64,000 nucleotides of DNA, from positions 3,290 to 67,289 of the forward strand of contig MFNF01000027.1 of the NCBI GenBank assembly GCA_001783715.1, given 5' to 3'. This document shows positions 35,784 to 44,770 of this stretch, piece after piece. The position numbers were made by a program, and so were the translations under genes. This DNA comes from Candidatus Lambdaproteobacteria bacterium RIFOXYD2_FULL_56_26 (GTDB taxonomy: Bacteria > SAR324 > XYD2-FULL-50-16). Each line of letters opens with the position of its first letter. Positions within the stretch are counted from its first letter, which is position 1. Under the pieces are notes generated by a model. The model searched no databases and was not told the DNA's origin. It saw only the letters and a list, made by a program, of their open reading frames with translations.

Positions 35784-36284
35784 TCAGGTCTGCCGGAAGG
35801 AGGCTTTGGTGGGCAGGGAGGGTAAAAGCAGGTTGTGGTGCAAACAAAGCGGGTCCAAACAAGCCTTGCAGGGTTGCTCCGGCAGGGGCCGCAACCGAAG
35901 GTTGATCTCCTGCTTGTTGCCCAAAAACTCTGCAGTTTCCCGGGCCAGGGCAAAACCGGAGGAATGGTAGTACCAGTGCAGGTCTAGCTTGGTCCCGTTT
36001 TGTACCAGACCTTCAAGCAACTGGTCCAAAACCAACAACGAAAGATTGTCCAGTTCCTGGATACAAAAGATGACCGAAAGCTCTTTGAATCGCTCTTTCA
36101 AGAGCGATGCGGTCAAGGACCGCAGGAGGCTGGGGCCTATGGGCCGGTAAAAGGGCCCGGTGAGAAACAAACGTTGCTGTTCATTGTCCAGGCGACTGTA
36201 AGGTAGCGTGACGGCGCATTTCATAATATCCCCCCTGACCAATCGATTTAGGAACATACCAACAGACTTGGACCTCCAAGTCAA
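35784..36284 (-). CDS. Hypothetical 166-aa ORF with faint resemblance to a degenerate sigma-54-activator AAA+ core fragment; coding status uncertain.
   Basis: LFLTGPFYRPIGPSLL, LDNLSLLVLDQLLEGLVQ and LHWYYHSS...LRPLPEQ loosely parallel the Walker A, arginine-finger and LPPLRER regions of NtrC-type ATPases without the catalytic residues. Overlapping alternative ORFs exist. Confidence 0.3.
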   Translation of the reverse strand: MTWRSKSVGMFLNRLVRGDIMKCAVTLPYSRLDNEQQRLFLTGPFYRPIGPSLLRSLTASLLKERFKELSVIFCIQELDNLSLLVLDQLLEGLVQNGTKLDLHWYYHSSGFALARETAEFLGNKQEINLRLRPLPEQPCKACLDPLCLHHNLLLPSLPTKASFRQT

Positions 36285-36401
36285 AAAAACAATTGGACAA
36301 TTTTGGGCAAAAATCCTGTTTTGGATAAACTTGTACTCCAGCCCCGGACTTGACTTTCCGGCAATTTGGGCTAAATTGAAAAAACATTCATTTACAGTAG
36401 G

Positions 36402-39400
36402 TTGTATTTAAGAGAGTCTGACAGTTCCTTGGAACAGTCGGTGGCCCCCGGCGCAAGGGGAAGGTTTGGGGGGTATGGGTGGTTTTGGGTTCTTTCCCCG
36501 GATTGGAGGTGTTTTTTGGAAGGATTTTTTGGGAACAGAGGGGACAAACCGCCGAGGGGACTTTGCCTTAGGTTGGAGCCGGTTGGGCAGCGCAAACCAA
36601 CCGCCTCGCTTTGGAAGCTATGGCCCCGAGCTTGGGGCCTTTGGTGGGCTTTGGGTTTTGGGCTGTGGCTCGGTGCCTTTGTGGGACCCTCCCTTACCCA
36701 AGCGATTGAGCTTAAAACCGATTTTAAGACCCTCCAGGAAGAGGTGTCCTACCTGAGGGACCCTTCGGGGCTTTTGACCCTCTCAGAGGTGACACAAAGA
36801 ACCGACTTCCGGCCCTTGGAAAGCGGGGGCCAGGATTTTGGTTTCGATCTAGCCACCTTTTGGGTGCGCTTCCCCTTGGCCAACCTTGAGACCAACCCCA
36901 GAATGCTGTACTTGGGGCTGAACCACCCCTCCTTGGACTTTGTGGACCTGTATCTGCTCGGTCCTGCCGGAGAAATCTCCCACTTTGCCCAAGGGGACCA
37001 TGTCGCCCACCGGCTGTGGAGTACCTCGGCCAGGGTGCCTACCTTTACCTTGGACTTGCCGGGTGCTTCACAAAACTGGGTTTACCTGAAGGTGGCCTCC
37101 CAAGCGGCGGTGCAGCTCCCTCTGACTTTGCGAACCGCACCTAACTTTACCCAAGCGGTCCAAACCCAGACCCTCTGGTATGGGTTGTTTTTTGGGGTCT
37201 TGGTGGTGATGGGGCTGTTCAACTTGGCCCTTTGGTTGCCGATCCGAGAAAAGGCTTACCCATATTATGTGGTCACCCTCAGCGGGTTTGCTTTGGCGAC
37301 CCTTTCCTATTCCGGGGTGGGGTACCAGTACCTGTGGGGGGATTCGGTGTATTGGGCCGACCGGGCCACTCCCTTGGGGATCCTGCTCGCTCACTGCGGC
37401 GGGTTTTTGTTTGCCCATGAGTTTATGGGGCTTTCTCGCATTGCCCCCCGCACCGCCAAGCTGGTGTTGTCTCTGAGTGGGGTGGCCGGGCTGCTTGTGG
37501 TGCTGGGCCTGTTTGCCCCGGCCCGTCCGCTTCTTTTGGGGGTGTTGGTGGCAACGGTCCCCGCCGTGGGGGTGATCTTTTGGACCGGGGTCCTCGCTTG
37601 TCGCAGCGGCCTTCGGAGCGCTTGGTTTTACATGGCTTCCTGGGCGTTGGCCGGAGGGGGCGTAGTGGTTCTGATCCTAAAAACCTTTTTGGTTATTCCC
37701 GAACATCCCTTGTTCCAGGGGTCTTTGTATTCGGGGATCTTGGCCAATCTCTTCCTTTTGTCTTTAGGTCTGCTCGACCGAGTTCGGCAGTTGCGAACCG
37801 AAAAAAACCAAGCCCAAAAAGAGGTTTGGGAGGCAGAGGCTCTTGCCTTGGAACACCTCAAGGCCAGCGACCAGTTAAAAACCGAGTTTTTGGCCAACAC
37901 CAGCGAAGAATTGCTCCACCCCTTGGATCTGATCATTTCCCACTGCGAGCTTTTGTTGCAGGACGAACAGGAACCCAAGTCGGCCCAGCTCAACCAAGGG
38001 CTGAGTTTGGTTTATACCCAGGCGAACCGGCTGTTCCACTTGGTGGCCAACATCCTGGACTTCGTCCAACTCAAACAGCACCACCTCAAGCTCAACCTCC
38101 AACCGGTGTACCTGCACAAGGCGGTGGATTTTGTGTTCCTGCTGCACAAGCCCTTGTTGCTCAACCGGGAGCTGCGTCTGGTCAACCAGGTTTCCCCGGA
38201 GTTGCGGCCTGTCTTGGCCGATGCCCAAAGGCTGCACCAGATGTTGTTCAACCTGATCGAAAATGCGGTTTCTTACACCCAAAAAGGCAGCGTAACGGTC
38301 AAGGGTACCGAAAGCGGGACCAGGATTCGGATTGAAGTACAGGACACTGGACCGGGCATGACCTTGGAAGAATTGGCCCGGTTGAAGGAGCCCTTGGAGC
38401 GGGGGCAAACCGGACAAAAGAGCGGTAAACCCGGAGTAGGGTTGGGTCTGGCTCTGGTGGAACGGTTGGCCGCCCTCCATGAGGGGAGCTTTGGGGTTAC
38501 CTCCAGTCGGGGAGAGGGGACCTGTGCCTACCTGGAATTGCCGGTGGCCCCGCCCGGTCAATGGCCGCTTGAAGCGGCGGTCCCCGCTTTTCCCCAAACC
38601 GCCCTGGGCCATCCGGTGCAGCCGGGAGAGTCGGAGCTAGGCTTGGAAGTGGGGACGGTGCTGCTGGTCGAAGATGAACCGCTGGTGGGGGAATTGTTGG
38701 TGCGGATCCTCAAGGGGAACGGTTATCTGGTCCACTGGGTGACTCGGGGGCAGGAAGCGTTGGAACGGCTCAAAGAGGAGCCAGGGATCGATTTGGTGCT
38801 GTTGGACGTGATGCTGCCGGGGCTCGATGGTTTTGAACTCTGCCGGTTGATTCGCAAGGAAAAGAGCGCCCTCAGCCTACCGGTGTTGTTTTTGACCGCC
38901 CGGGTGCAATCCGAGGACTTGGTCCAAGGCTTTAACATCGGGGCCAACGACTATATCTACAAACCGGTGCGCAAGGCCGAACTGCTGGCCAGGGTCGAGT
39001 CCCAGGTGCAGGCCAAGCGGGCGGTCGAGGCGTTGCGGCAGAACCGACTTTTGCAACGGGAGATCGAACGAAGGATCCGTATGGAAGACCTGCTGCGGTC
39101 CTTACGGACAAGGTTGGTGCGCATCTTGGATGGCCTGCCGTTGCCCTTTTTGGTGTTCAACGCCCAAGGCCAAGTGACCTTTGTCAACAAACAGGCCGAG
39201 TCGGTTTGTTCCGTCTCCTTGGAGACTACCAAAGACCTGCGGTTTGAGGACTTGGTGGTGTCGGTCGGTTGGGCCGAATTTTCCCAAGACCCGGGCCGGA
39301 CCCTGTGGGTCCACACCCGGACCGAAGAGGCGATTTCCGGCCATGGGGTCAAGATTCCGGCGGCAGACGAGTCGGAGGTGCTGTTGATTTTGATGCTCCA

Positions 39401-39878
39401 AGGCCAGGACCTGGAGTTCGGGCTGCGCCAAAAGACCCTGGAAGCAACGATCCGCAACACCACCCAACTTCTGAGCGCCGAGGACTTGGTCCGGGTCAAC
39501 GAGACCCGCATCCTGCCCGAACGGCTGGACCACCTGCAAGACGGGGTGAATCCCCCGGACCGAGGCGACCTCAACCAGCTGGCCGCCGAGGTGATGAACC
39601 TTTGTATTGGTGCTTGGGCCGGGGCTACCGGCAAGGACAAGCTGGCCTTGGCCGAAGAGAGCGGCATTTGGACGGTCACTGCCGAAACCACCGGAACCTA
39701 CCGTACCCGGACCCTGGACCGGTACCTGAAGGTCAACAGCCTGCCCAAGAACCCAAGGTGGCGCAATGTGCTGCAAACCGGGTATTTTGTCCGCCAGTTC
39801 CTGGCCCCGGACAGCCCACACGGTCAGCAACTCGAAGGCTTGCTGGTCCGGCTGGAGGGGCTGCTGATTCACCTCTAG
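36402..39878 (+). CDS. Hybrid sensor histidine kinase: 7TMR-DISM extracellular + 7TM receptor, HisKA, HATPase_c, receiver, plus a roughly 290-aa C-terminal extension (PAS-like, unknown).
   Basis: EFLANTSEELLHPLD H-box, HATPase N/G boxes (NLIENAVSYT, DTGPGM, GVGLGL), receiver (LLVEDEPL...DLVLLDVMLPGLDGF). The N-terminal ~70 residues of the track ORF look non-coding. The true start is probably a non-ATG codon before the signal-like WGLWWALGFGLWLGAFVGPSLTQA. Confidence 0.8.
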   Translation: MYLRESDSSLEQSVAPGARGRFGGYGWFWVLSPDWRCFLEGFFGNRGDKPPRGLCLRLEPVGQRKPTASLWKLWPRAWGLWWALGFGLWLGAFVGPSLTQAIELKTDFKTLQEEVSYLRDPSGLLTLSEVTQRTDFRPLESGGQDFGFDLATFWVRFPLANLETNPRMLYLGLNHPSLDFVDLYLLGPAGEISHFAQGDHVAHRLWSTSARVPTFTLDLPGASQNWVYLKVASQAAVQLPLTLRTAPNFTQAVQTQTLWYGLFFGVLVVMGLFNLALWLPIREKAYPYYVVTLSGFALATLSYSGVGYQYLWGDSVYWADRATPLGILLAHCGGFLFAHEFMGLSRIAPRTAKLVLSLSGVAGLLVVLGLFAPARPLLLGVLVATVPAVGVIFWTGVLACRSGLRSAWFYMASWALAGGGVVVLILKTFLVIPEHPLFQGSLYSGILANLFLLSLGLLDRVRQLRTEKNQAQKEVWEAEALALEHLKASDQLKTEFLANTSEELLHPLDLIISHCELLLQDEQEPKSAQLNQGLSLVYTQANRLFHLVANILDFVQLKQHHLKLNLQPVYLHKAVDFVFLLHKPLLLNRELRLVNQVSPELRPVLADAQRLHQMLFNLIENAVSYTQKGSVTVKGTESGTRIRIEVQDTGPGMTLEELARLKEPLERGQTGQKSGKPGVGLGLALVERLAALHEGSFGVTSSRGEGTCAYLELPVAPPGQWPLEAAVPAFPQTALGHPVQPGESELGLEVGTVLLVEDEPLVGELLVRILKGNGYLVHWVTRGQEALERLKEEPGIDLVLLDVMLPGLDGFELCRLIRKEKSALSLPVLFLTARVQSEDLVQGFNIGANDYIYKPVRKAELLARVESQVQAKRAVEALRQNRLLQREIERRIRMEDLLRSLRTRLVRILDGLPLPFLVFNAQGQVTFVNKQAESVCSVSLETTKDLRFEDLVVSVGWAEFSQDPGRTLWVHTRTEEAISGHGVKIPAADESEVLLILMLQGQDLEFGLRQKTLEATIRNTTQLLSAEDLVRVNETRILPERLDHLQDGVNPPDRGDLNQLAAEVMNLCIGAWAGATGKDKLALAEESGIWTVTAETTGTYRTRTLDRYLKVNSLPKNPRWRNVLQTGYFVRQFLAPDSPHGQQLEGLLVRLEGLLIHL

Positions 39879-39902
39879 GGGGCTTTGGCGGTAAAAGGTA
39901 AT

Positions 39903-40301
39903 CTACCCCAAAAAATGCCGGGTCAGCTGGTCCAAGATTTGATCGGCCTTGGCCGGGTCCTCTGTGGCCGCCACCCCCCAGATGGGGCCCGGCCAGCCCC
40001 GGTCGGTCTTGTACCGGCCAATGACATGGAAGTGGAATTGGGGGGTCAGGTTTCCCAAGGCCCCCAGGTTGATCTTGTCGGGACCAAAGGCCTGGACGAT
40101 GGCCTGGGCCGCAAGGTTGACCTCCTTGATCAACCGGCCCTGGTCGGCCGGACTCAGGTCAAACAGTTCCAACACCCCTTCCCTCTGGGGCACCAGAACC
40201 AACCAAGGCAACTGTGGATCGGGCAGGGCTCTGAGCTGGCACAGCTCCCATTGGGCCAGCAGCCTGGTTCCCGAAGCGAGGTTGGGGTGGAGTTCAAACA
40301 T
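39903..40301 (-). CDS. HIT (histidine triad) family hydrolase.
   Basis: HFHVIGR histidine-triad motif, 132 aa. Confidence 0.8.
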   Translation of the reverse strand: MFELHPNLASGTRLLAQWELCQLRALPDPQLPWLVLVPQREGVLELFDLSPADQGRLIKEVNLAAQAIVQAFGPDKINLGALGNLTPQFHFHVIGRYKTDRGWPGPIWGVAATEDPAKADQILDQLTRHFLG

Positions 40302-40582
40302 TTTGATTTTTTAGAGTAAAACCGGTTGATTTGAGGGTCTGGGTGCCCCGAAAACGCCAAAGGGGTTCTCCCTCTGTCCAGGCAGTCTGAGATAGCCCTT
40401 GATTTGAATTGGCTCTACAGCCCCACCGGGGCCAGAGAAAAACGGCTGGACCCAACCGCCTTGGGAGGCTTGAGAATAGAGTCCTCTTTTTTCCTTTGAT
40501 TTTTGCCGCCGGGGTTTTATGCTGGGCTCATTCTCTGAAAAAACCTGGCTTAGGGCAAGGAAAAAACATTTTCCCTTTGAAC

Positions 40583-41572
40583 ATGAAAAACCGGTTTATT
40601 TGTACCACCCTGGGGCTTTTGGGACTGAGTTTTTACGGCCAAATCGCCTGGGGCAATCCGGTGTTGCGGATTGAGCCCGCAGCCTTGCCGTTGATGGTGA
40701 TGGATTCCCCCGAAACCGCAAAGCCGGTGGCGGAACTGGCGGCAGAGAGTCTGTCCCAATCGGACCCGCTGGAGTCTTTGGAATCGATGGATTCCTTGGA
40801 GACCAACTCCTTAAAAGACCAGCTGGCCCCCTTTGCCCCACCCAACCAAGTAGCCCTCTTGCTGGCCCCGGCTTCAATGGACGGCTCGGATACTAGGGTG
40901 GAGGCCGAGCAGGCGACCGACGGCGGCTTTGTGGACCTGGAAGACGAATTTGGAGCGCCCCAACAAGAGGTCAACGACCCTTTTGCCGGGTACAACCGAG
41001 CGATGACCGGCTTCAACGACTGGGTCTTTTTGTGGCTGCTCAACCCGGTGGCCAAGGGCTGGAGGGCCGTGGTCCCAGAAGGGGGGAGAACCGCCGTTTT
41101 TCGGTTTTTCAAAAACCTGCTGTATCCGTTGCGGCTGGTCAACAACCTCTTGCAAGCCAAGTTGGGCGGGGCGGTGGAAGAAACGGGCCGCTTTGCGGTC
41201 AACAGCACGATTGGCATTTTGGGGCTCTTTGACCCGGCCCAAGCTTGGTTCGGCTGGGAGGCCCACGACGAGGACTTCGGCCAAACCTTAGGGGTCTGGG
41301 GGGTAGGATCGGGGCCGCACATTGTATTGCCCTTCTTGGGGCCTTCCAATCTTCGGGACACCTTTGCCTTGGCCCCCGACTGGTCCTTGGACCCGATCAC
41401 CTACTACGCCAAAGGGTATCCCCAGCAGATCGGCATCTGGACCTTCAAATCGGTCAACGCCACTTCCTTGGACATCGGAGGCTATGAAAGCCTCAAGAAA
41501 GACGCAGTGGACTTTTACCCCTTCTTGAGGGACGTGTACGAACAAAACCGCAAAAAGAAAATCGAGGAATGA
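40583..41572 (+). CDS. mlaA: MlaA/VacJ-family outer-membrane lipoprotein.
   Basis: Signal/lipobox-like N-terminus and the conserved MlaA core (DPFAGYNRAMTGFNDW..., FFKNLLYPLRLVNNLLQ..., GPHIVLPFLGPSNLRD). The start is trimmed to the Met at 40583 with a hydrophobic leader. Confidence 0.75.
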   Translation: MKNRFICTTLGLLGLSFYGQIAWGNPVLRIEPAALPLMVMDSPETAKPVAELAAESLSQSDPLESLESMDSLETNSLKDQLAPFAPPNQVALLLAPASMDGSDTRVEAEQATDGGFVDLEDEFGAPQQEVNDPFAGYNRAMTGFNDWVFLWLLNPVAKGWRAVVPEGGRTAVFRFFKNLLYPLRLVNNLLQAKLGGAVEETGRFAVNSTIGILGLFDPAQAWFGWEAHDEDFGQTLGVWGVGSGPHIVLPFLGPSNLRDTFALAPDWSLDPITYYAKGYPQQIGIWTFKSVNATSLDIGGYESLKKDAVDFYPFLRDVYEQNRKKKIEE

Positions 41573-42198
41573 TCATGAAAAAAACATGGATTGGCTTTTT
41601 GACCTTGGCTCTGGTTTTTTTGTTGGGAACCTTCAGCCGCCCCGCCCTGGCCGACGATACGGCGGCGGTGCAAAAGCTGGTACAGGTCAAGATCACCCAG
41701 GTGATCGACCTGTTGCGGGACAAAAAGATGGCCAAGCCGGAGCGGAACAAGCGGATCCTGGACGTGGTGGTACCGATCTTCGACTTTAAGACTATGGCCC
41801 AGCTGAGCCTGGGCAAGAAATACTGGACCGAAATGACCCCGGCCCAACAAGCCGAGTTCTCCGAGCTTTTTGTCAAACGGTTGCAGGAGTCCTACCTGGA
41901 GAAGCTTGACCTTTACACCGATGAAGACGTAGCGGTGGACGAGGCGGTGTTGGTCAAAAGCCGGATCCACGTCCGGTCCTTTTTGGTCAGCAAGACCGAC
42001 AAAAAGGAGATGATCTACAAGTTTTACCAAGTGGACGAACAGTGGAAAGTGTATGACGTGGAGATCCTGGGGGTTAGCATCGTCCAGACCTACCGGAGCC
42101 AGTTCGACGGGTTGCTCAAGTCCGGCGGCATTGAGCCTCTGCTCGCCAAGCTGCGGGTTGCGGGCAGCTTTACCGTACCTACCGCCGAGGGGAAATAG
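41569..42198 (+). CDS. mlaC: MlaC/Ttg2D-family periplasmic lipid-binding protein (HpnM-like).
   Basis: Signal peptide. LGKKYWTEMTPAQQAEFSELFVKRLQESY and WKVYDVEILGVSIVQTYRSQFDGLL align with MlaC. ATGA overlap with mlaA. Confidence 0.7.
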   Translation: MIMKKTWIGFLTLALVFLLGTFSRPALADDTAAVQKLVQVKITQVIDLLRDKKMAKPERNKRILDVVVPIFDFKTMAQLSLGKKYWTEMTPAQQAEFSELFVKRLQESYLEKLDLYTDEDVAVDEAVLVKSRIHVRSFLVSKTDKKEMIYKFYQVDEQWKVYDVEILGVSIVQTYRSQFDGLLKSGGIEPLLAKLRVAGSFTVPTAEGK

Positions 42199-42201
42199 TC
42201 C

Positions 42202-44706
42202 ATGGCCACTTCACTCAAGCGGTTTTACAAGGTAATCTTGGATTACCCCCGTTTTTTTCTGGGGATTTCCTTGGTTTGCATCGGCCTTTTGGGCTACCAA
42301 ATCAAAAACTTGGCGATTGATGCTTCGGCGGAGACTTTGGTTTTGGAGGACGATGCCGACCTCAAGTACTCCAGGATGATCACGGACCGGTACGAAACCG
42401 CCGACTTCGTGGTGATCACCTTAAACCCCAAGGACGGCAATCTGCTTTCCGATGCCACCTTGGCCGGGATCAAGGGGCTCAAGGCCGACCTCTTGGAGCT
42501 TGCGTTTGTGGACTCGGTGACCTCCATCCTGGATGTCCCGTTGCTTGAAAGCCCCCGCAAGCCGATCAAGGAACTGCTGGCCAATGTGCCCTCTTTGGAG
42601 ACCCAACCGGTGGACCGGGGCCTAGCCAAAACCGAGTTTTTGGACAGCCCGGTGTACCAGGAAATGCTGGTCAGCCCCGACTTTTCCACCACCTTGCTGC
42701 AAGTCAACCTCAAGGAAAACAAACAATGGAAGCTGTTGGTCAACCGCCGGTATGCGCTGCGGGAAAAACAGCGGGAACAGGGCTTGACCACCGCCGAAGA
42801 GATTGAACTGGGCCAATTGCAGGCGGAGTTCAAGGGGGTGCGCAACCAAGCGCGGGACGACATTCACCAGACCATCCAAGATGTCCGGGCGGTGATCGAC
42901 CGGCACCGGGACATCGGGACCCTCTTTTTGGGCGGGGTGGACATGATCGCCGACGACATGATCACCTACGTTAAAAACGATCTGGCGGTCTTTGGCACCG
43001 GGGTGTTGCTCTTTTTGGTGATCACCTTGGGGGTGATCTTCCGCCAGTTCATCTGGGTCTTTTTGCCGATGTTGACCTGTTTTGCTTCCGTGGTAGCCAC
43101 GGCGGGGCTTTTGGGGTTGTTTGGCTGGGAAGTGACGGTGATCAGCTCCAACTTTGTCTCCATCCAACTGATCATCACCATGGCCTTGACCATCCACCTG
43201 ATCGTCCGGTACCGGGAGCTGATCTCCGCCGATCCGACCAAAAGCCAAAGACAGTTGGTGGAAGAGACGGTGCTGTTTTTGGCGAAGCCTTGTTTTTACA
43301 TGGTGATCACCACCATGGCCGGTTTTGCTTCCCTGCTTTTGAGCGGCATCCTACCGGTGATCAACTTTGGTTGGATGATGGCCGGCGGTCTGGCCATTTC
43401 CATGTTCCTGACCTTTTGGTTTTTCCCGACCATCCTGGTCATGCTCAAGCCGGTCCGGGCCAACCGGGCCTTTGAGACCAAGTCCTTTTACACCCGCAAG
43501 ATGGCCGAATTGACCGAGCACAAGACCAAATTGATCCTGGTGGTTTCGGGTCTTTTGCTGGTTTGGTGCGTGGTGGGGACGGGGATGCTGCGGGTGGAGA
43601 ACAGCTTTATCGATTATTTTAAGGAAAAATCCGAGATCTACCAGGGCATGAAGGTGATCGACCAGGAACTGGGTGGCACCACTCCCTTCGAGGTAGTCTT
43701 GGACCTGCCCTCCACCAAGACGGCGGGTCCAGACGTGGACGCCGATGGGGCCGAGCCTTCCAGCGAGCTGGACCTGTTTGAAGAGGAATTTGAGGCGGAA
43801 AAGGGCAAGGCCCAGTATTGGTTCACCTCCGACAAAATGGCCCAGATCGAACGGGTCCACGATTACCTCAACTCGGTCCCCGAGACCGGCAAGGTGATGT
43901 CTCTGGGCACCATGATCAAGGTGGGCAAACGACTCAACGACGGTGAGCCCTTGGACAACTTCAAGCTCGCCCTGATCTACAACGAACTGCCGCCCCAGTT
44001 CAGGAAGATTCTGCTGGACCCTTACGTCTCCATTGAAAACGATCAGGTCCGGTTTTACGTCCGGGTGCGGGATTCGGAGCCCGGCCTGCGGCGGGACGAA
44101 CTGCTCAAACGGATCAAAAGAGATCTGCCTGGGGCCACCGGTGTTGCCCCCGAACAGGTCCACCTGACCGGGTTGCTGGTGCTTTACAACAACATGCTGC
44201 AAAGCCTGTTCAACTCCCAGATCCTGTCTTTGGGTGCCACCATCTTGGCGATCATGGCGATGTTTCTGGTGCTGTTTCGGTCGGTCAAGATCAGCTTGGT
44301 GGCCATCCTGCCCAACGTGCTTTCGATCGGTATGGTCTTGGGCTTTATGGGCTGGGTGGGGATTCCCCTGGATATGATGACCATCACCATCGCCTCAATC
44401 AGCGTGGGCATTGCGGTGGACGATACCATCCATTACATCCATCGGTTTAAGGAGGAACTGCAGCTGGACGGGGATTATCTGGCCACCATGCACCGCTGCC
44501 ATGAAAGCATCGGCTACGCCATGTACTACACCTCGGTGACCATCGTGATCGGCTTTTCGATCCTGGTGCTTTCGGCCTTTATCCCGACCATCTACTTTGG
44601 CCTGCTGACCGGCTTGGCCATGGTCATCGCCAACATCACAGCCCTGACCGTCCTGCCGTCCTTGATCCTCTACTGGAAGCCTTTTGGGGAAACAAAAGTC
44701 GCCTGA
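42202..44706 (+). CDS. RND-superfamily MMPL-type exporter (HpnN-like, two sterol-sensing-like 6-TM bundles with large periplasmic loops).
   Basis: 834 aa with duplicated TM bundles (GVLLFLVITLGVIFRQ..., ILAIMAMFLVLFRSVKISLVAILPNVL...) separated by a soluble domain. Starts 3 bp after mlaC. Confidence 0.75.
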   Translation: MATSLKRFYKVILDYPRFFLGISLVCIGLLGYQIKNLAIDASAETLVLEDDADLKYSRMITDRYETADFVVITLNPKDGNLLSDATLAGIKGLKADLLELAFVDSVTSILDVPLLESPRKPIKELLANVPSLETQPVDRGLAKTEFLDSPVYQEMLVSPDFSTTLLQVNLKENKQWKLLVNRRYALREKQREQGLTTAEEIELGQLQAEFKGVRNQARDDIHQTIQDVRAVIDRHRDIGTLFLGGVDMIADDMITYVKNDLAVFGTGVLLFLVITLGVIFRQFIWVFLPMLTCFASVVATAGLLGLFGWEVTVISSNFVSIQLIITMALTIHLIVRYRELISADPTKSQRQLVEETVLFLAKPCFYMVITTMAGFASLLLSGILPVINFGWMMAGGLAISMFLTFWFFPTILVMLKPVRANRAFETKSFYTRKMAELTEHKTKLILVVSGLLLVWCVVGTGMLRVENSFIDYFKEKSEIYQGMKVIDQELGGTTPFEVVLDLPSTKTAGPDVDADGAEPSSELDLFEEEFEAEKGKAQYWFTSDKMAQIERVHDYLNSVPETGKVMSLGTMIKVGKRLNDGEPLDNFKLALIYNELPPQFRKILLDPYVSIENDQVRFYVRVRDSEPGLRRDELLKRIKRDLPGATGVAPEQVHLTGLLVLYNNMLQSLFNSQILSLGATILAIMAMFLVLFRSVKISLVAILPNVLSIGMVLGFMGWVGIPLDMMTITIASISVGIAVDDTIHYIHRFKEELQLDGDYLATMHRCHESIGYAMYYTSVTIVIGFSILVLSAFIPTIYFGLLTGLAMVIANITALTVLPSLILYWKPFGETKVA

Positions 44707-44770
44707 GTTTTTTGGAGGGGCTTGGGGGGGAGAGGAATCTCCCCCGTAGTCTCAGGGCATTAGCGTCAAC

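Noticed and set aside
37580-39901. Numerous 200-260-aa ORFs in other frames within the hybrid kinase gene.
   Set aside because: The kinase frame carries HisKA, HATPase and REC motifs continuously. The others are shadows.
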